Positions 13,934 to 25,188 of a stretch of DNA of 64,000 nt are shown here, in pieces. Location: the NCBI GenBank assembly GCA_038143065.1, contig JAYQLI010000035.1, positions 1,952,894 to 2,016,893 of the forward strand, read 5' to 3'. The notes below the pieces were generated by a model. It had not been told where the DNA came from and searched no databases. It was given only the letters and a program-made list of their open reading frames with translations. The DNA comes from Rhodospirillales bacterium. GTDB taxonomy: Bacteria > Pseudomonadota > Alphaproteobacteria > Bin95. Numbering within the stretch: the stretch's first letter is position 1; each line of letters opens with the position of its first letter. Position numbers and translations under genes: made by a program.

Positions 13934-14493
13934 CAAGCAGCTCCCTTCATGGAATTCTCAAGACGCTGCAGCTTTGAGCTGAGCGAACTGTCATACATAC
14001 GACTACCGACCCGAACAATTAGTCCGCCCAGCAGTTTAGGATCAACGTGGGTTTCGACCTGGGCTTGTGCGCCAACAGTTCTTTTCACCGCGTCTGTCAG
14101 TTTTGCGAGCTGCTCATCTGTCAGCTCTCTCGCAGATGTGACGTGTGCTGTAACCTCGCCACGTCGCTCTGCTAAAATTTCTAGAAAAGCACCGATGATG
14201 CCATCAAGGGCAAAGAGCCGACGGTTCTTTGCTACTAAAGCCAGAAAATTGCTGGAAAGCGGGTGTGCTCCGGCCTTAGCAGCGATAGCCTGAAGAGCTT
14301 TAACCTGGCTCTCACGTGCTAGATTTGGACTCCGTACCAAACGAACCAAATCTTCGCTTTCACCAAGAAGCGAGCGGAACGCGCGCAAGTCGTCCGCCAC
14401 GGCATCAAGTGCCTTCTGTTCATCAGCCAGTTCGTAGAGCGCCGAAGCATACCGCCCCGCGATCCCGGACCTCGATCCAGCTTGGGAAGCCAC
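13933..14493 (-). CDS. atpH: F1 ATP synthase delta subunit
   Basis: [31 protein letters not shown]; GTG start at 14493 behind a G/A-rich SD. Confidence 0.95.
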   Translation of the reverse strand: MASQAGSRSGIAGRYASALYELADEQKALDAVADDLRAFRSLLGESEDLVRLVRSPNLARESQVKALQAIAAKAGAHPLSSNFLALVAKNRRLFALDGIIGAFLEILAERRGEVTAHVTSARELTDEQLAKLTDAVKRTVGAQAQVETHVDPKLLGGLIVRVGSRMYDSSLSSKLQRLENSMKGAA

Positions 14494-14705
14494 CGATGGA
14501 CCCCTTCCTCTTAGACTTGTGTTCTTTGCCTTCTGAAACGACTGCTCAAACACCACTATGGCCGCCGCTGAGCGTCGACGCTCAAAACGGTCTCAATTTC
14601 GAAGCCTTCGCTATCACAGGCCAATCACGCGATGCAAGCTGAGTCCAACTTTTATTTGTGGTCTCTGAGTATGCTTGCTGCAATTTGCCGCAATTTAATC
14701 GCACC

Positions 14706-16908
14706 TCACATAAAATTGTACGGATCAACATCAATTGTTACTCGCACACCACCTCTGGAAATAGTTTCACCTATCCAATCTCTTAAAACCGCCTGCACGT
14801 CGACATGTCGAGCGGCCATTACTAGAAGACGCCAACGCCAACGCCCCCTTAGCTGAGCAATAGGCGCAGGCGCAGGGCCTAGGATTCGGACGTCGTCGTA
14901 GTTGGGTGCAGACTTAGCAATTGCACGCGCCATCTTTTCGGATTCAACCGAGTCCCGTCCAGAAATTATTATGGCTGCGAGACGTCCAAACGGAGGAAGT
15001 TTTGTATATTTTCGCGCTGCCGTCTCAGCATCGATAAACGCGTCACGATCGCCTGAAATTAATGCCTGCATCACAGAATGGTCTGGTTGGTGCGTTTGAA
15101 TAAGCGCTCGTCCAGGTCTTTCAGCTCGGCCCGCTCTACCAGACGCTTGTGTCAATAATTGAAAGGACCGCTCTCCAGCCCTTAAGTCTCCGCCCCCGAG
15201 TCCAAGGTCGCCATCCACTATGCCCACCAACGTCAAATTCGGAAAATGATGGCCTTTCGCAAGAACCTGCGTACCAACTGCAATATCTATTTCCCCCTCA
15301 ACCATTGCTCGAATAAATTCTTGTATAGCTGATGGTCCCGATAGGGTGTCAGAAGAAGCGATTTCGATGCGTGCTTTTGGCCAACGCTTGCGAGCTTCTT
15401 CAGCAACTCTCTCTACCCCAGGACCGGAAGCAGTAAGCTGGCCCTCAGCCCCACAATCTTCACATGAGTTTGGAAATCGTTTGGAAAAGCCACAGTGATG
15501 GCAAATTAGGCGGCCATTTAGCCTGTGCTCAACCAACCAAGCGCTGCAGCTAGGACATTCAACACGCGAACCACAGGATCGACATAAGGTTAGTGGTGCA
15601 TAGCCTCTACGATTTAAAAAAGGAGGGTTTGTTCTCCGGCAGAAAGTGTTTTTTCAATGGACTCCACCATCGGTTGTGCCAACCAAGAACCACGTTCAGG
15701 TGGTGTTGCCCTAAGATCAATTAAATCGACCTCCGGCTTCACAGCCACCCCGTGTCTGGAAGGGAGCTCTACGCGCCCATATCTTCCTCGCTGGACGTTA
15801 TTCAAGGTTTCAAGAGATGGGGTGGCTGACGCCAACACAACAGAGGCTTGTTCAAGCCGGCCACGAACTACGGCAATATCCCGAGCTTGATACCTTACCC
15901 CATCGTCCTGCTTATAGGCAGCTTCGTGTTCCTCATCTATCACTATTAGACCAAGGTTTTTAAATGGTAAAAAAGTGGCCGAACGAGCGCCAACAACTAC
16001 AGACGCTGAACCATCCGCTATTGCCCTCCACGCTCTACGACGCGCTGCACCACCCAATTCTGAATGCCAAATGATCGGCTGAGCTCCGAATCGATCAGTA
16101 AAGCGCTTCAGCCACTGATCTGTCAGAGAAATTTCTGGAACGAGGCATAGGGTCTGTCGGCCCATTGAAAGCGCTGCAGCAATTGCTTCCATGTACACTA
16201 CTGTCTTTCCTGATCCAGTAACGCCATCCAGTAAATCAACAGAAAATGCCGACGCGCATACCCTATGACGAAGAACATCCGCAGCTGAAGCTTGGTTTGA
16301 AGATAATGCTGGCTTCTTAAAGTTTCTCATCACCTCCGCTGGGTCATCGCTAGAGACTTCATGACTGTTGAGGAAGCCTGCTTGTGCCATTGCTCTCACA
16401 ACTTGTTGACCAACTCCAGCCAATCGAGCGGCCTCAACAGCTGGAAGGGGAGGCGCATTGGCTAAAGTTGCCAAAATGCGCTTTCGTTGTGGCGTAAGCC
16501 TGGCATTGGCCGGATATGATCTTGCTGACTGATAAACTGTCTTTGTGGGTGGGGGAGATAAAACAGTTCTCGGCAATGACAATCGCAAAACATTTCCAGG
16601 AGGCACAACCAGATATGCCGCCGTCCAATTAATTAGTCGACGCAGGCCTTGGGGTAACAAAGGGGCTTCGAGACGCCTTCGTATTGGTTTGAGCTTTGCC
16701 AAATCAATATTTGGATCGCCAACACCATCCCAAATAACTCCAATAGCCATACGGCCGCCTAGAGGCACCTCAACAAGAGAGCCAGGAGGGAGCTCTGGCG
16801 GCGCAAGATAGGATAAAGCAGTACTTAGGGGGCCGTCGTCAAAACAGGACGAACGACAAGAGTTTCGTCGATCAAATCGTCTACAATGCTGGCTTCAAGA
16901 TCCGGCAT
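14706..16908 (-). CDS. priA: Primosomal protein N' (frameshifts near 15620 and 16830)
   Basis: GVTGSGKT, DEEH, SATPSLE, reconstructed LFLNRRGYA, Cys-rich Zn region, DVDPYNFM C-terminus. Confidence 0.93.
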
Positions 16909-16962
16909 AGGTTATTTAATAGATCCTTAAGTTGAAGCGGTTTGCAAAAAGGATGGCCCGCA

Positions 16963-17619
16963 ATGAAGTTCTTTGTCGATACGGCAGACGTCTCTGAAAT
17001 AAAAGATTTAGCAGCTACTGGACTACTGGATGGGGTAACAACCAACCCTTCTTTAATAGCAAAGTCTGGTCGTAAAATCTTGGATGTCATCAGCGAAATC
17101 TGTGAACTTGTTGACGGCCCAGTGTCTGCCGAAGTTGCTGCAACTGACTTTGAAACAATGCTCAAGGAGGGACAAAAACTCTCCAAAATTGCTTCTAACG
17201 TAACGGTAAAGGTGCCGCTTACAGTTGATGGCCTCAAAACATGCAAGGCTCTGTCAGATGACGGGATAATGGTTAATGTAACCCTATGTTTCTCGGCAAA
17301 TCAGGCTCTTTTAGCTGCAAAAGCTGGAGCAAGCTTTGTATCCCCGTTTGTGGGAAGGTTAGACGATATAGGCGAAGACGGAATGTTTCTTATCGAAGAT
17401 ATCGTTGGCATATATGACAATTACCCATCCCTAGGGACTGAAGTACTTGCCGCATCAATTCGCCATACAGCACATGTTCTAGCAGCCGCAAAAGCGGGGG
17501 CCCATGTCGCTACAATTCCCCCAAACGTCATAAGACAATTGTATAATCATCCCCTCACAGACAAAGGCTTAGAAGCCTTTTTAGCCGACTGGGCATCAAC
17601 CGGGCAGTCAATTCTTTGA
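16963..17619 (+). CDS. tal: Transaldolase (short TalC/FSA family)
   Basis: [18 protein letters not shown]; SAEV and SPFVGR carry the Glu/Phe pair typical of transaldolase rather than FSA. Confidence 0.9.
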   Translation: MKFFVDTADVSEIKDLAATGLLDGVTTNPSLIAKSGRKILDVISEICELVDGPVSAEVAATDFETMLKEGQKLSKIASNVTVKVPLTVDGLKTCKALSDDGIMVNVTLCFSANQALLAAKAGASFVSPFVGRLDDIGEDGMFLIEDIVGIYDNYPSLGTEVLAASIRHTAHVLAAAKAGAHVATIPPNVIRQLYNHPLTDKGLEAFLADWASTGQSIL

Positions 17620-18332
17620 CCTCTCAAAGCGCAGCTTCTCCGAAGTCTACTCTAAACGCAGAGGAAGTTGCTGGCTGGTTAAAAGAAAACCCTAATTTTC
17701 TCATTGAGAGACCCGATGTTCTAGCTGCATTAAATCCACCGGACAGAGGTGGTGGAAGCGTGGTCGACTTGCAGCATGCAATGGTCAAACGCCAGCGCGA
17801 AGAGTTAGATAAATTAAAAGCAAATTGGCGGGATTTGCTCGCTCTTTCTCGGACTAATTTGTCCAATCAAGCTTCAATCTTCGAAGCTACACTTACAGCC
17901 ATTCGGGCTGCTAGTTTTGAAGCGTTGATTGAGGCAATTACAGAACGCTATCCAGAAATCCTAGGGTACGAAGCAGTTACTCTTTGTATTGAAACGGATA
18001 GAGCAGCAAGCTCAAGTCCTCAAAACGTGCGTCAAGTGCGATTTGGCGATATAGACGCCTATCTTGGCGGCAATCTAAAACAATCTCGCTTTATTGCAGA
18101 TTTAGAACCTGACCCTACCCTGTTTGGGCCGGTCTCAGGAATTATAAAATCCGCGGCACTGGTTCGGGTAGATATGGGTTCAACCGCGCCCAAAGCTCTC
18201 TTAGCAATAGGTGGTCGCGAGGTTAATACCTTTACCCCTGATGATGGTGATGATCTCCTTGTTTTTCTTGGACAGGCCCTCGGTGGAACTTTCACTGCTT
18301 GGCTTGATTTCACGCCAGATATTAGCGAATGA
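17616..18332 (+). CDS. DUF484 (YigA-like) protein
   Basis: V..WL.ENP.F, VVDLQ, GAF-like C-terminus; usual position before xerC. Confidence 0.8.
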   Translation: MTSQSAASPKSTLNAEEVAGWLKENPNFLIERPDVLAALNPPDRGGGSVVDLQHAMVKRQREELDKLKANWRDLLALSRTNLSNQASIFEATLTAIRAASFEALIEAITERYPEILGYEAVTLCIETDRAASSSPQNVRQVRFGDIDAYLGGNLKQSRFIADLEPDPTLFGPVSGIIKSAALVRVDMGSTAPKALLAIGGREVNTFTPDDGDDLLVFLGQALGGTFTAWLDFTPDISE

Positions 18333-19285
18333 TTTCTTCCAGATCCGATTTAAACCTCGCTGGGTTAGCACCGAATCTTACCAGAGCAATAGCCCTCTGG
18401 AGAGATTGGTTGAGAGGGCAGCGTCGCCTCGCCGAGAATACAGAAAAAGCCTATGTAACTGACGTTTCTGAGTTCATGGCATTTCTTATCGAGCACCTTG
18501 GTGAAACACCAGATTTAGCAGCCATCGAGCGTTTACATATTCGCGACTATCGAGCATGGCTTGCGAGGCGCGCTGCAAAGGGAATTTCTGCCTCAAGTCG
18601 GGCCAGAGGACTTGCGGCTGTCCGAGGGCTAATGCGTTTTCTAACGAGGCAAGAGTTCATTAAGGAGTCGGCCGCTTCGGCCGTTCGTGCACCAAAGCAA
18701 CCCAAACGTCAGCCTCGACCACTTGGTGTTCAAACTGCAAAGGCCGTCCTCAAGGAGGCAGCCACACCGCCGCGACCAGAAGTGGAAGCTTGGGTCGCGC
18801 TACGCGATCATGCTCTACTTTTTCTTCTCTATGGAGCAGGATTGCGTATAGGAGAAGCGTTGTCTCTTACCCGCAGGCAAGCACCTATAGGGGAAACACT
18901 TACCGTAACCGGCAAGGGCGGAAAAACGCGAATGGTGCCAGTCATTCCATCAGCACGTCTAGCCGTAGATTCTTATTTGGCTGCCTGCCCTCATCAAGTC
19001 GGAAAAGATGGACCACTATTTTTAGGCGTAAGAGGCGGGCTTTTAGCTGATGGCATTGCTCGGCGGCGCATGAGGGAAATACGGGTGAGCTTAGGATTGC
19101 CAGAAAGCGCTACCCCTCATGCTTTACGCCATAGCTTTGCGACTCATTTATTAGAAGCCGGTGGTGACCTCCGGACCATCCAAGAACTTCTTGGCCACGC
19201 AGGACTTTCAACAACACAGCGCTATTTAGGCGTCGACAGGGCACGGCTGCTTGATGCGTACAGGGCTGCTCATCCACGAGCCTAA
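18329..19285 (+). CDS. xerC: Tyrosine recombinase XerC
   Basis: [47 protein letters not shown]. Confidence 0.93.
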   Translation: MISSRSDLNLAGLAPNLTRAIALWRDWLRGQRRLAENTEKAYVTDVSEFMAFLIEHLGETPDLAAIERLHIRDYRAWLARRAAKGISASSRARGLAAVRGLMRFLTRQEFIKESAASAVRAPKQPKRQPRPLGVQTAKAVLKEAATPPRPEVEAWVALRDHALLFLLYGAGLRIGEALSLTRRQAPIGETLTVTGKGGKTRMVPVIPSARLAVDSYLAACPHQVGKDGPLFLGVRGGLLADGIARRRMREIRVSLGLPESATPHALRHSFATHLLEAGGDLRTIQELLGHAGLSTTQRYLGVDRARLLDAYRAAHPRA

Positions 19286-19425
19286 ATCCACAAAGAGTGT
19301 CGTTTTGTTTTTTTGTTAAGTTTATTTTGGACGAAAGTCTGAGTTACCAGATTGCGAGGAATACCCACCCACGCTAGAACCACGTCCATTCTGTTATATT
19401 TTCTACCATAAGGGGCCACCCAGAT

Positions 19426-21108
19426 ATGGCGTCGTATCAATACATTTATGTGATGAAGGACCTCTCAAAAGTATACCCTGGAGGGAAGAAAACATTAGAA
19501 AATATATGGCTGTCATTCTTACCTGGCGCCAAGATTGGCGTGCTTGGTGCTAACGGCGCTGGTAAATCCACTTTGCTAAAAATTATGGCCGGCGTGGACG
19601 GAGAGTTTCAAGGAGAAGCATGGGCTGCCGAAGGCGTTAAGGTAGGGTACCTTCCTCAAGAGCCCGAGCTTAACCCGGCTAAAGACGTTATGGGAAATGT
19701 CATGGAAGGTGTGGGGGAAATTCAATCTCTCATAGACCGATTTAATGAAGTTTCCATGAAATTTGCAGAAGAACTCTCCGACGATGAAATGAACCAGGCA
19801 ATAGCAGAACAAGGCGAATTGCAGGAACAAATTGATGCTGTTGATGGTTGGGAAATTGAACGCAAGGTTGAAATTGCGATGGACGCCCTTCGCTGTCCAC
19901 CAGGCAATGCCGACATTACCAACCTTTCTGGTGGTGAAAAACGACGAGTAGCACTCTGTCGGCTTTTACTCTCCAATCCAGACATGCTCTTGCTTGACGA
20001 ACCAACTAACCACCTCGACGCAGAATCAGTGGCCTGGCTAGAGCGCTTTCTCCACGACTTTCCTGGAACTGTCGTGGCAGTAACTCACGATCGCTACTTT
20101 CTAGATAATGTTGCCGGATGGATACTCGAACTAGATAGAGGAAAGGGCATCCCCTACGAAGGCAACTACACCGGTTGGCTTGAACAGAAACAGAAGCGGC
20201 TTCTCCAAGAAGAACGACAGGAGAAGGCACGCCAGCGCACCATCTCCCAGGAACTCGAATGGGTACGTCAGTCGCCTCGAGCTCGCCAAGCTAAAAATAG
20301 GGCTCGGATACAAGCTTATGACGCTCTGGTAGCAGAGGCTGGAAAGGAAACTCTGGAAACGGCCCAAATTGTAATTCCTCCTGGGGAACGACTGGGCGAC
20401 AACGTTATAGAGGCAACACACCTCACCAAGGCGTTTGGTGATAGACTATTAATTGATGACCTCACTTTCCGACTGCCTCCTGGCGGCATTGTTGGGGTTG
20501 TGGGCCCAAATGGCGCCGGCAAGACAACCCTGTTCAGAATGCTTACTGGACAGGAGACCCCTGACTCTGGGGCTCTGAAGGTGGGCGACACAGTCAGTCT
20601 TGGATACATCGATCAGAACCGTGACGCGCTCAGTCCGGAAAAAACCGTATGGGAAGAAATATCTGATGGACTTGACGTCATTGAACTTGGGAAGCGTCAA
20701 GCACCTAGCCGTGCTTACGTAGGCGCTTTTAATTTCAAAGGATCAGATCAACAAAAGCGCGTGGGGCAATTGTCGGGTGGTGAACGTAACCGAGTATATC
20801 TGGCAAAAATGCTGAAGTCAGGGGCCAATGTTCTCCTTTTAGACGAACCCACAAATGATCTTGATGTTGATACGCTACGGGCACTTGAAGAGGCACTTCT
20901 TACGTTCCCAGGCTGCGCCGTCGTGATTAGCCATGATCGATGGTTTCTGGACCGCATCGCCACTCATATCATGGCTTTTGAGGGTGATAGCCATGTGGAG
21001 TGGTTTGAAGGAAATTATGAAGACTATGAAATTGATAAAAAACGGCGCCTTGGGAAAGACGCCGACCAGCCTCAAAGAATTAAGTACAAACCAATAGCCC
21101 GAAGTTAG
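19426..21108 (+). CDS. ettA: Energy-dependent translational throttle ABC-F protein
   Basis: Two ABC domains without TM segments; [31 protein letters not shown]. Confidence 0.96.
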   Translation: MASYQYIYVMKDLSKVYPGGKKTLENIWLSFLPGAKIGVLGANGAGKSTLLKIMAGVDGEFQGEAWAAEGVKVGYLPQEPELNPAKDVMGNVMEGVGEIQSLIDRFNEVSMKFAEELSDDEMNQAIAEQGELQEQIDAVDGWEIERKVEIAMDALRCPPGNADITNLSGGEKRRVALCRLLLSNPDMLLLDEPTNHLDAESVAWLERFLHDFPGTVVAVTHDRYFLDNVAGWILELDRGKGIPYEGNYTGWLEQKQKRLLQEERQEKARQRTISQELEWVRQSPRARQAKNRARIQAYDALVAEAGKETLETAQIVIPPGERLGDNVIEATHLTKAFGDRLLIDDLTFRLPPGGIVGVVGPNGAGKTTLFRMLTGQETPDSGALKVGDTVSLGYIDQNRDALSPEKTVWEEISDGLDVIELGKRQAPSRAYVGAFNFKGSDQQKRVGQLSGGERNRVYLAKMLKSGANVLLLDEPTNDLDVDTLRALEEALLTFPGCAVVISHDRWFLDRIATHIMAFEGDSHVEWFEGNYEDYEIDKKRRLGKDADQPQRIKYKPIARS

Positions 21109-21111
21109 GGT

Positions 21112-21822
21112 CTAACGCCCTCCTTCATCCGGATCCAAATGTTGGCCAAGGTCAGCGGCTGCTTCTGCGTCAGGGTCTACAGAGGCTGCTGGACTGGGCA
21201 GTTCTAATTCTTCTTCTCGATGAGTAAAGTCTGCAATGGATGACGCTTGCTCATCAAGCAGGCCTAACTGCTCCAGCTCTTTAATTCCTGGAAGATCGCT
21301 GACTGCATTTAGACCAAAGTGAAGCAAAAATTCATTGCTTGTCACCCATGTTAAAGGCTTGCCCGGGGCATCGCGTCGTCTGCCGGGTCGAATCCACCCT
21401 AGATCCAACAAGGCGTCCATCACACCACTAGATAAAGATACGCCACGCATGCGCTCAATTTCCGGTCTCGTAATGGGCTGGTGATACGCAATTATGGCAA
21501 GAGTCTCGACTTGAGCTCGGGTAAGCTTCTTAATCTCTTCGCGCTCTACAGTAAGTGCGGCCGCAAGATCTGGAGCGGTTTGGAAAACCCAGCCACCGGC
21601 AACCCTCATGACATGTACACCACGGCTGCGATAACGATCCTGCAGTCGTGACATAACGCGAGCAATATCCGTACCTTTGGGTAGGCGCTCAGCAAGAGCG
21701 GGCTCCTCCACGGGTAAAGGAGAAGCAAATAGAATTGCCTCGGCTAATCGTTCTGCCAGCTCTAGCTTTTCTGGGTTCTCTAATTCGGGACCTACATCGA
21801 AAGCGGGGCTATCATCAGTCAT
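21112..21822 (-). CDS. scpB: SMC-Scp complex subunit ScpB
   Basis: EAILFAS, ETLAIIAYHQPITRPEIE, FLLHFGL..DLP; ATG at 21822 overlaps the scpA stop. Confidence 0.93.
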   Translation of the reverse strand: MTDDSPAFDVGPELENPEKLELAERLAEAILFASPLPVEEPALAERLPKGTDIARVMSRLQDRYRSRGVHVMRVAGGWVFQTAPDLAAALTVEREEIKKLTRAQVETLAIIAYHQPITRPEIERMRGVSLSSGVMDALLDLGWIRPGRRRDAPGKPLTWVTSNEFLLHFGLNAVSDLPGIKELEQLGLLDEQASSIADFTHREEELELPSPAASVDPDAEAAADLGQHLDPDEGGR

Positions 21823-22609
21823 CAATTTGGGCATTCTCTTGAGCGCGTAAATAAATTGGACCAAACAGATTGTCTTGGCGAATTGCCAGTTTACCATCTT
21901 TGCTAAGCTGAAGACTTGCAACAAAGGTAGAGGCCCAGGCACTGCGTCGCATTATCGGGTCACCTGTTACAAGCGGCAGAAAAGTCTCCATAGTCTGCCA
22001 GTCCATACCTATCCCCAGCATAGCAGTGAGACGGGTTATAGCTGCCTCCACCGTGTGAAGGTTAGATCGCCGAATGGATAGCGCACGGCTGCGGGTACGT
22101 CTCTGGATACCAGCATAGGCTTGAAGCAATTCAGTTATATCGGTTACCGGTATGGAGGTTACGTCTTCGGGGAGAGCTTCTTCTTTTCCTCTTGAAAACC
22201 TATCAATTCCAAGGCGTGGGCGGCTAAGCAGCTCTTTCGCGGCTTCCTGTAATACAGCCAATCGTTGAAGGCGCTGCGCTAGCGCGGCAGCCATTGCCTC
22301 TGGCGAAGGCCCATCTTCAGGTAGGACTTCCTCCTTTGGAAGAAGAAGGCGTGATTTAAGATATGCTAACCACGCAGCCATGACGAGATAGTCAGCAGCA
22401 ATCTCTAATTCCAGTCCCTTTGCTTCTTCTATAAACGCCAGATATTGCTCGGCTAATTTTAAAATTGATATTTGCAAAAGATCTACCTTTTGATCTCTTG
22501 CCATTTGTAACAAAAGGTCGACCGGTCCTTCATACAAACCTAGATCGACAACCAATTGATTGCGAGGCTTAGGAAAGTCCGGTTCAAATTCAACAGTCTC
22601 GTTCATCAC
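21815..22609 (-). CDS. scpA: SMC-Scp complex kleisin ScpA
   Basis: YEGPVDLLL, ADYLVMAAWLAYLKSRLLLP, RQDNLFGPIYL. Confidence 0.95.
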   Translation of the reverse strand: MMNETVEFEPDFPKPRNQLVVDLGLYEGPVDLLLQMARDQKVDLLQISILKLAEQYLAFIEEAKGLELEIAADYLVMAAWLAYLKSRLLLPKEEVLPEDGPSPEAMAAALAQRLQRLAVLQEAAKELLSRPRLGIDRFSRGKEEALPEDVTSIPVTDITELLQAYAGIQRRTRSRALSIRRSNLHTVEAAITRLTAMLGIGMDWQTMETFLPLVTGDPIMRRSAWASTFVASLQLSKDGKLAIRQDNLFGPIYLRAQENAQIDD

Positions 22610-23292
22610 CAGCCGGTTATCCCGTAAACCACGGAAAGAATAAAGCCCGCGCCACCAACGGCCCAGTCGGCTATTGGGTTAAATCTAATGCCAAACTCCG
22701 ACAAAAGAGCGGGTAGAATTAACGCTAGACCAAAAACTAAAAGAATGCCAAAGCGCTCAAAAACCTGGATCCGTTCTGAAACCCTAGCAGGAAGCGCCAC
22801 CATCATAACTCTTCCACCATCGAGGGGGGGCAAGGGTAACATGTTGAACGCCGCCAGCAGCGCATTAACAACGATTAAATTTTTTAGGTTTGGTTCAAGC
22901 CAAGAGCCGACGAAGTTAGGCAATAACGGAACGATGTAGAGTAAAACCGCTGCTAAAAGTGCGAGAACTATATTCGCTAATGGTCCCGCCAACGCTACCA
23001 GAGCTGTGCCAATGCGTTCAGGCTTTAGCCTCTTAAAAAATACAGGCACTGGCTTCGCGTAGCCAATAATAAATCCAGCACTCGTTATCAGCAGAAGTGC
23101 TGGAAGTAACAAGGTTCCGAAAATATCTATGTGAACCAAGGGATTCAGGGAGGTGCGGCCATTTCTGTGGGCAAAGTCGTCACCAAGCCAATACGCAGCA
23201 TAAGCGTGCCCCGCCTCATGAATCGTAATTGCTAAAACGACAGGTAGGGCCCATATCGAGACTAAATATGCAATTTGACCAATGTCACTCAT
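22606..23292 (-). CDS. Site-2 protease (M50) family membrane protein
   Basis: HEAGH, AGPLAN, FNMLPLPPLDGG. Confidence 0.92.
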   Translation of the reverse strand: MSDIGQIAYLVSIWALPVVLAITIHEAGHAYAAYWLGDDFAHRNGRTSLNPLVHIDIFGTLLLPALLLITSAGFIIGYAKPVPVFFKRLKPERIGTALVALAGPLANIVLALLAAVLLYIVPLLPNFVGSWLEPNLKNLIVVNALLAAFNMLPLPPLDGGRVMMVALPARVSERIQVFERFGILLVFGLALILPALLSEFGIRFNPIADWAVGGAGFILSVVYGITGW

Positions 23293-24320
23293 TTAAGAAC
23301 AATCTCGTCAAGTACTGCCCATAGTTCTGCGGCGAGCAGAAATGCATCATCATCGAAAGTCATTTGACGAGAACTAGACCAGTTTTGCCAAGTTTTTTCC
23401 AATCTATCTCCAGCGGGGCCTGCACCTTCAATGGCAGCAATATTCCCCCGCATGTCGCCAGGACAATAAAGCAATGCATCGCATCCAGCAGAGATAGCTG
23501 CAGCAGCCCTATCTCGAATAGGTCCATTCAATGCCTTCATTGCAAGGTCATCCGATAAAATAGCACCGGTAAAACCAGTCTCTAACCTGAGCCAGTCTAA
23601 ACATTTTCGTGAGCACGTGGCTGGCAAATCCGGGTCTAGGTGTCGATAAACTATATGAGCCGTCATAAAAAATGGGGCTTCTTTTACGGCCATAAATGGG
23701 GCCAAATCTGAAAGCAACTTGGCTAAGGGTGCTTCAACCACAGGCAACTGAAAATGGCTGTCACTAGTGGCCCTGCCATGACCCGGTGCGTGTTTTGCTG
23801 TTGTTGCTATACCCACCGACCTGAGGGCCTGCTCAGTGGCCGCAGCCAAATTAGCAACCTGAGATGGTATTTCTCCATATGAACGATCTCCGATTACCGA
23901 AACATCTGAGCCAGGAGCCGCGACATCACACATAGGCGCACATGCCACATCAATACCCAAAGGTGCTATAGTTGCCGCAATCGCAAGTCCTTGAAGTCGA
24001 GCAGCGAGCAGCCCTTTTTCCCTATCCCGCTTCCATAAAGCGCCTATTTGTCCTGCTGCTGGTAAACTAGGCCAATTTGGTGGTCCCAAACGTGCTACGC
24101 GCCCGCCCTCTTGGTCAATGAGAACGGGTGCATCCTCACGACCGACAACTTCACGAAAATCACTCGTTAAGCGGCGTATGCTTTCTGGAGCACCAAGATT
24201 TCTGGAAAATAAAATCAATCCGTACGGATTAGCCTCAGCAAAAAAACTTCGCTCCTCAGCCGTAAGGCGAGTGCCTGAGCAACCCAATATCGCCGCTGAT
24301 GGTCTGTTACTTTGCGACAA
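23289..24320 (-). CDS. nagZ: Beta-N-acetylhexosaminidase (GH3)
   Basis: DQEGGRVARL, KHAPGHG, DSH, SDDLAMKAL. Confidence 0.92.
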   Translation of the reverse strand: MSQSNRPSAAILGCSGTRLTAEERSFFAEANPYGLILFSRNLGAPESIRRLTSDFREVVGREDAPVLIDQEGGRVARLGPPNWPSLPAAGQIGALWKRDREKGLLAARLQGLAIAATIAPLGIDVACAPMCDVAAPGSDVSVIGDRSYGEIPSQVANLAAATEQALRSVGIATTAKHAPGHGRATSDSHFQLPVVEAPLAKLLSDLAPFMAVKEAPFFMTAHIVYRHLDPDLPATCSRKCLDWLRLETGFTGAILSDDLAMKALNGPIRDRAAAAISAGCDALLYCPGDMRGNIAAIEGAGPAGDRLEKTWQNWSSSRQMTFDDDAFLLAAELWAVLDEIVLK

Positions 24321-25185
24321 CGAAACAGCCAGCTCCTCGACTCTTTAATTGACCACAGGCTATTTCTGCCAAAGTTTGATCCGGCAAAGGACCCGCCTGC
24401 ATGCGATGAAAAATGCCGCGTCCTTCGATTTCTACTTCTCGGGTGAATAACTGCATACCACCAAGGATATCTAAATTGGCTTCGCGTAGGCGACGCCATT
24501 CCTTTTGTGCAATAGTTTTGCTCCTGACCGCCCCAATCAGAATGAGAAATTTGTTACTCGGAGCTAAATTTGCAGTCTTGATAGTTTCGGATTGATCTGT
24601 GGTTTTTGAATTAGTGAGACTATCTCGAACTATCTTCAAATTATCCGCTGCCGCAGTGGCTTTGCTGCGGCGTGGGGGTAATGGAAGAGCAGGCGCATTC
24701 TGAAGAATCTCATTCGAATCTGCTGCCGAAGGGTCAGTGAGTTTAGCCTGAAGTTTCTTGTTTGAAGGGGGGTCAATTTGCTTCACCTCTGGCGTCAGAG
24801 GGAGTAATTGGATGGGCCCTTTGGGTTGCGGTATATCAGTCGATTGAATGGGCTGACTAACTGGAAAGGGTATCAACTTTTCTTCCGCTGGAGCTATCCC
24901 TTGTTTTTCTGATTGCGGTCCACCTCCACCCACAATTTCATAAATAGTTTGGCTGGTGTGGGGAATATCAGCTCCATTAATCTTGTTTGGGTCAGGAGGC
25001 AGTCTTTCTGGAGACCTCTCAGCCATCACGAGAGGTGGAGGACCGTAGTTTCCAGTTCCGCCTACTGCAAGCCATATGGCCGCAGTAATCGCCAGCCCAA
25101 AGAAAATCACAGCTAACGCGATCCGAGAGAACTTAACGGCACGGGCGCGGTCAGGCCTTACTTCTGGATCGAACGCTTTACTCAT
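24307..25185 (-). CDS. SPOR-domain membrane protein (FtsN-like architecture)
   Basis: N-terminal TM, Pro-rich linker, C-terminal SPOR with two Cys; lies between argS and nagZ. Confidence 0.8.
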   Translation of the reverse strand: MSKAFDPEVRPDRARAVKFSRIALAVIFFGLAITAAIWLAVGGTGNYGPPPLVMAERSPERLPPDPNKINGADIPHTSQTIYEIVGGGGPQSEKQGIAPAEEKLIPFPVSQPIQSTDIPQPKGPIQLLPLTPEVKQIDPPSNKKLQAKLTDPSAADSNEILQNAPALPLPPRRSKATAAADNLKIVRDSLTNSKTTDQSETIKTANLAPSNKFLILIGAVRSKTIAQKEWRRLREANLDILGGMQLFTREVEIEGRGIFHRMQAGPLPDQTLAEIACGQLKSRGAGCFVVAK

Positions 25186-25188
25186 GCG

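Noticed and set aside
12405-16908. atpA and priA as pseudogenes or programmed frameshifts
   Set aside because: Both are essential genes with otherwise conserved sequence; the breaks are single-base losses in short runs like many others in the window.
18329-19285. Tyrosine recombinase as a sign of a prophage or integrative element
   Set aside because: It has XerC features (AHPRA end) in the conserved priA-tal-DUF484-xerC context, with no att repeats, tRNA target or cargo genes.
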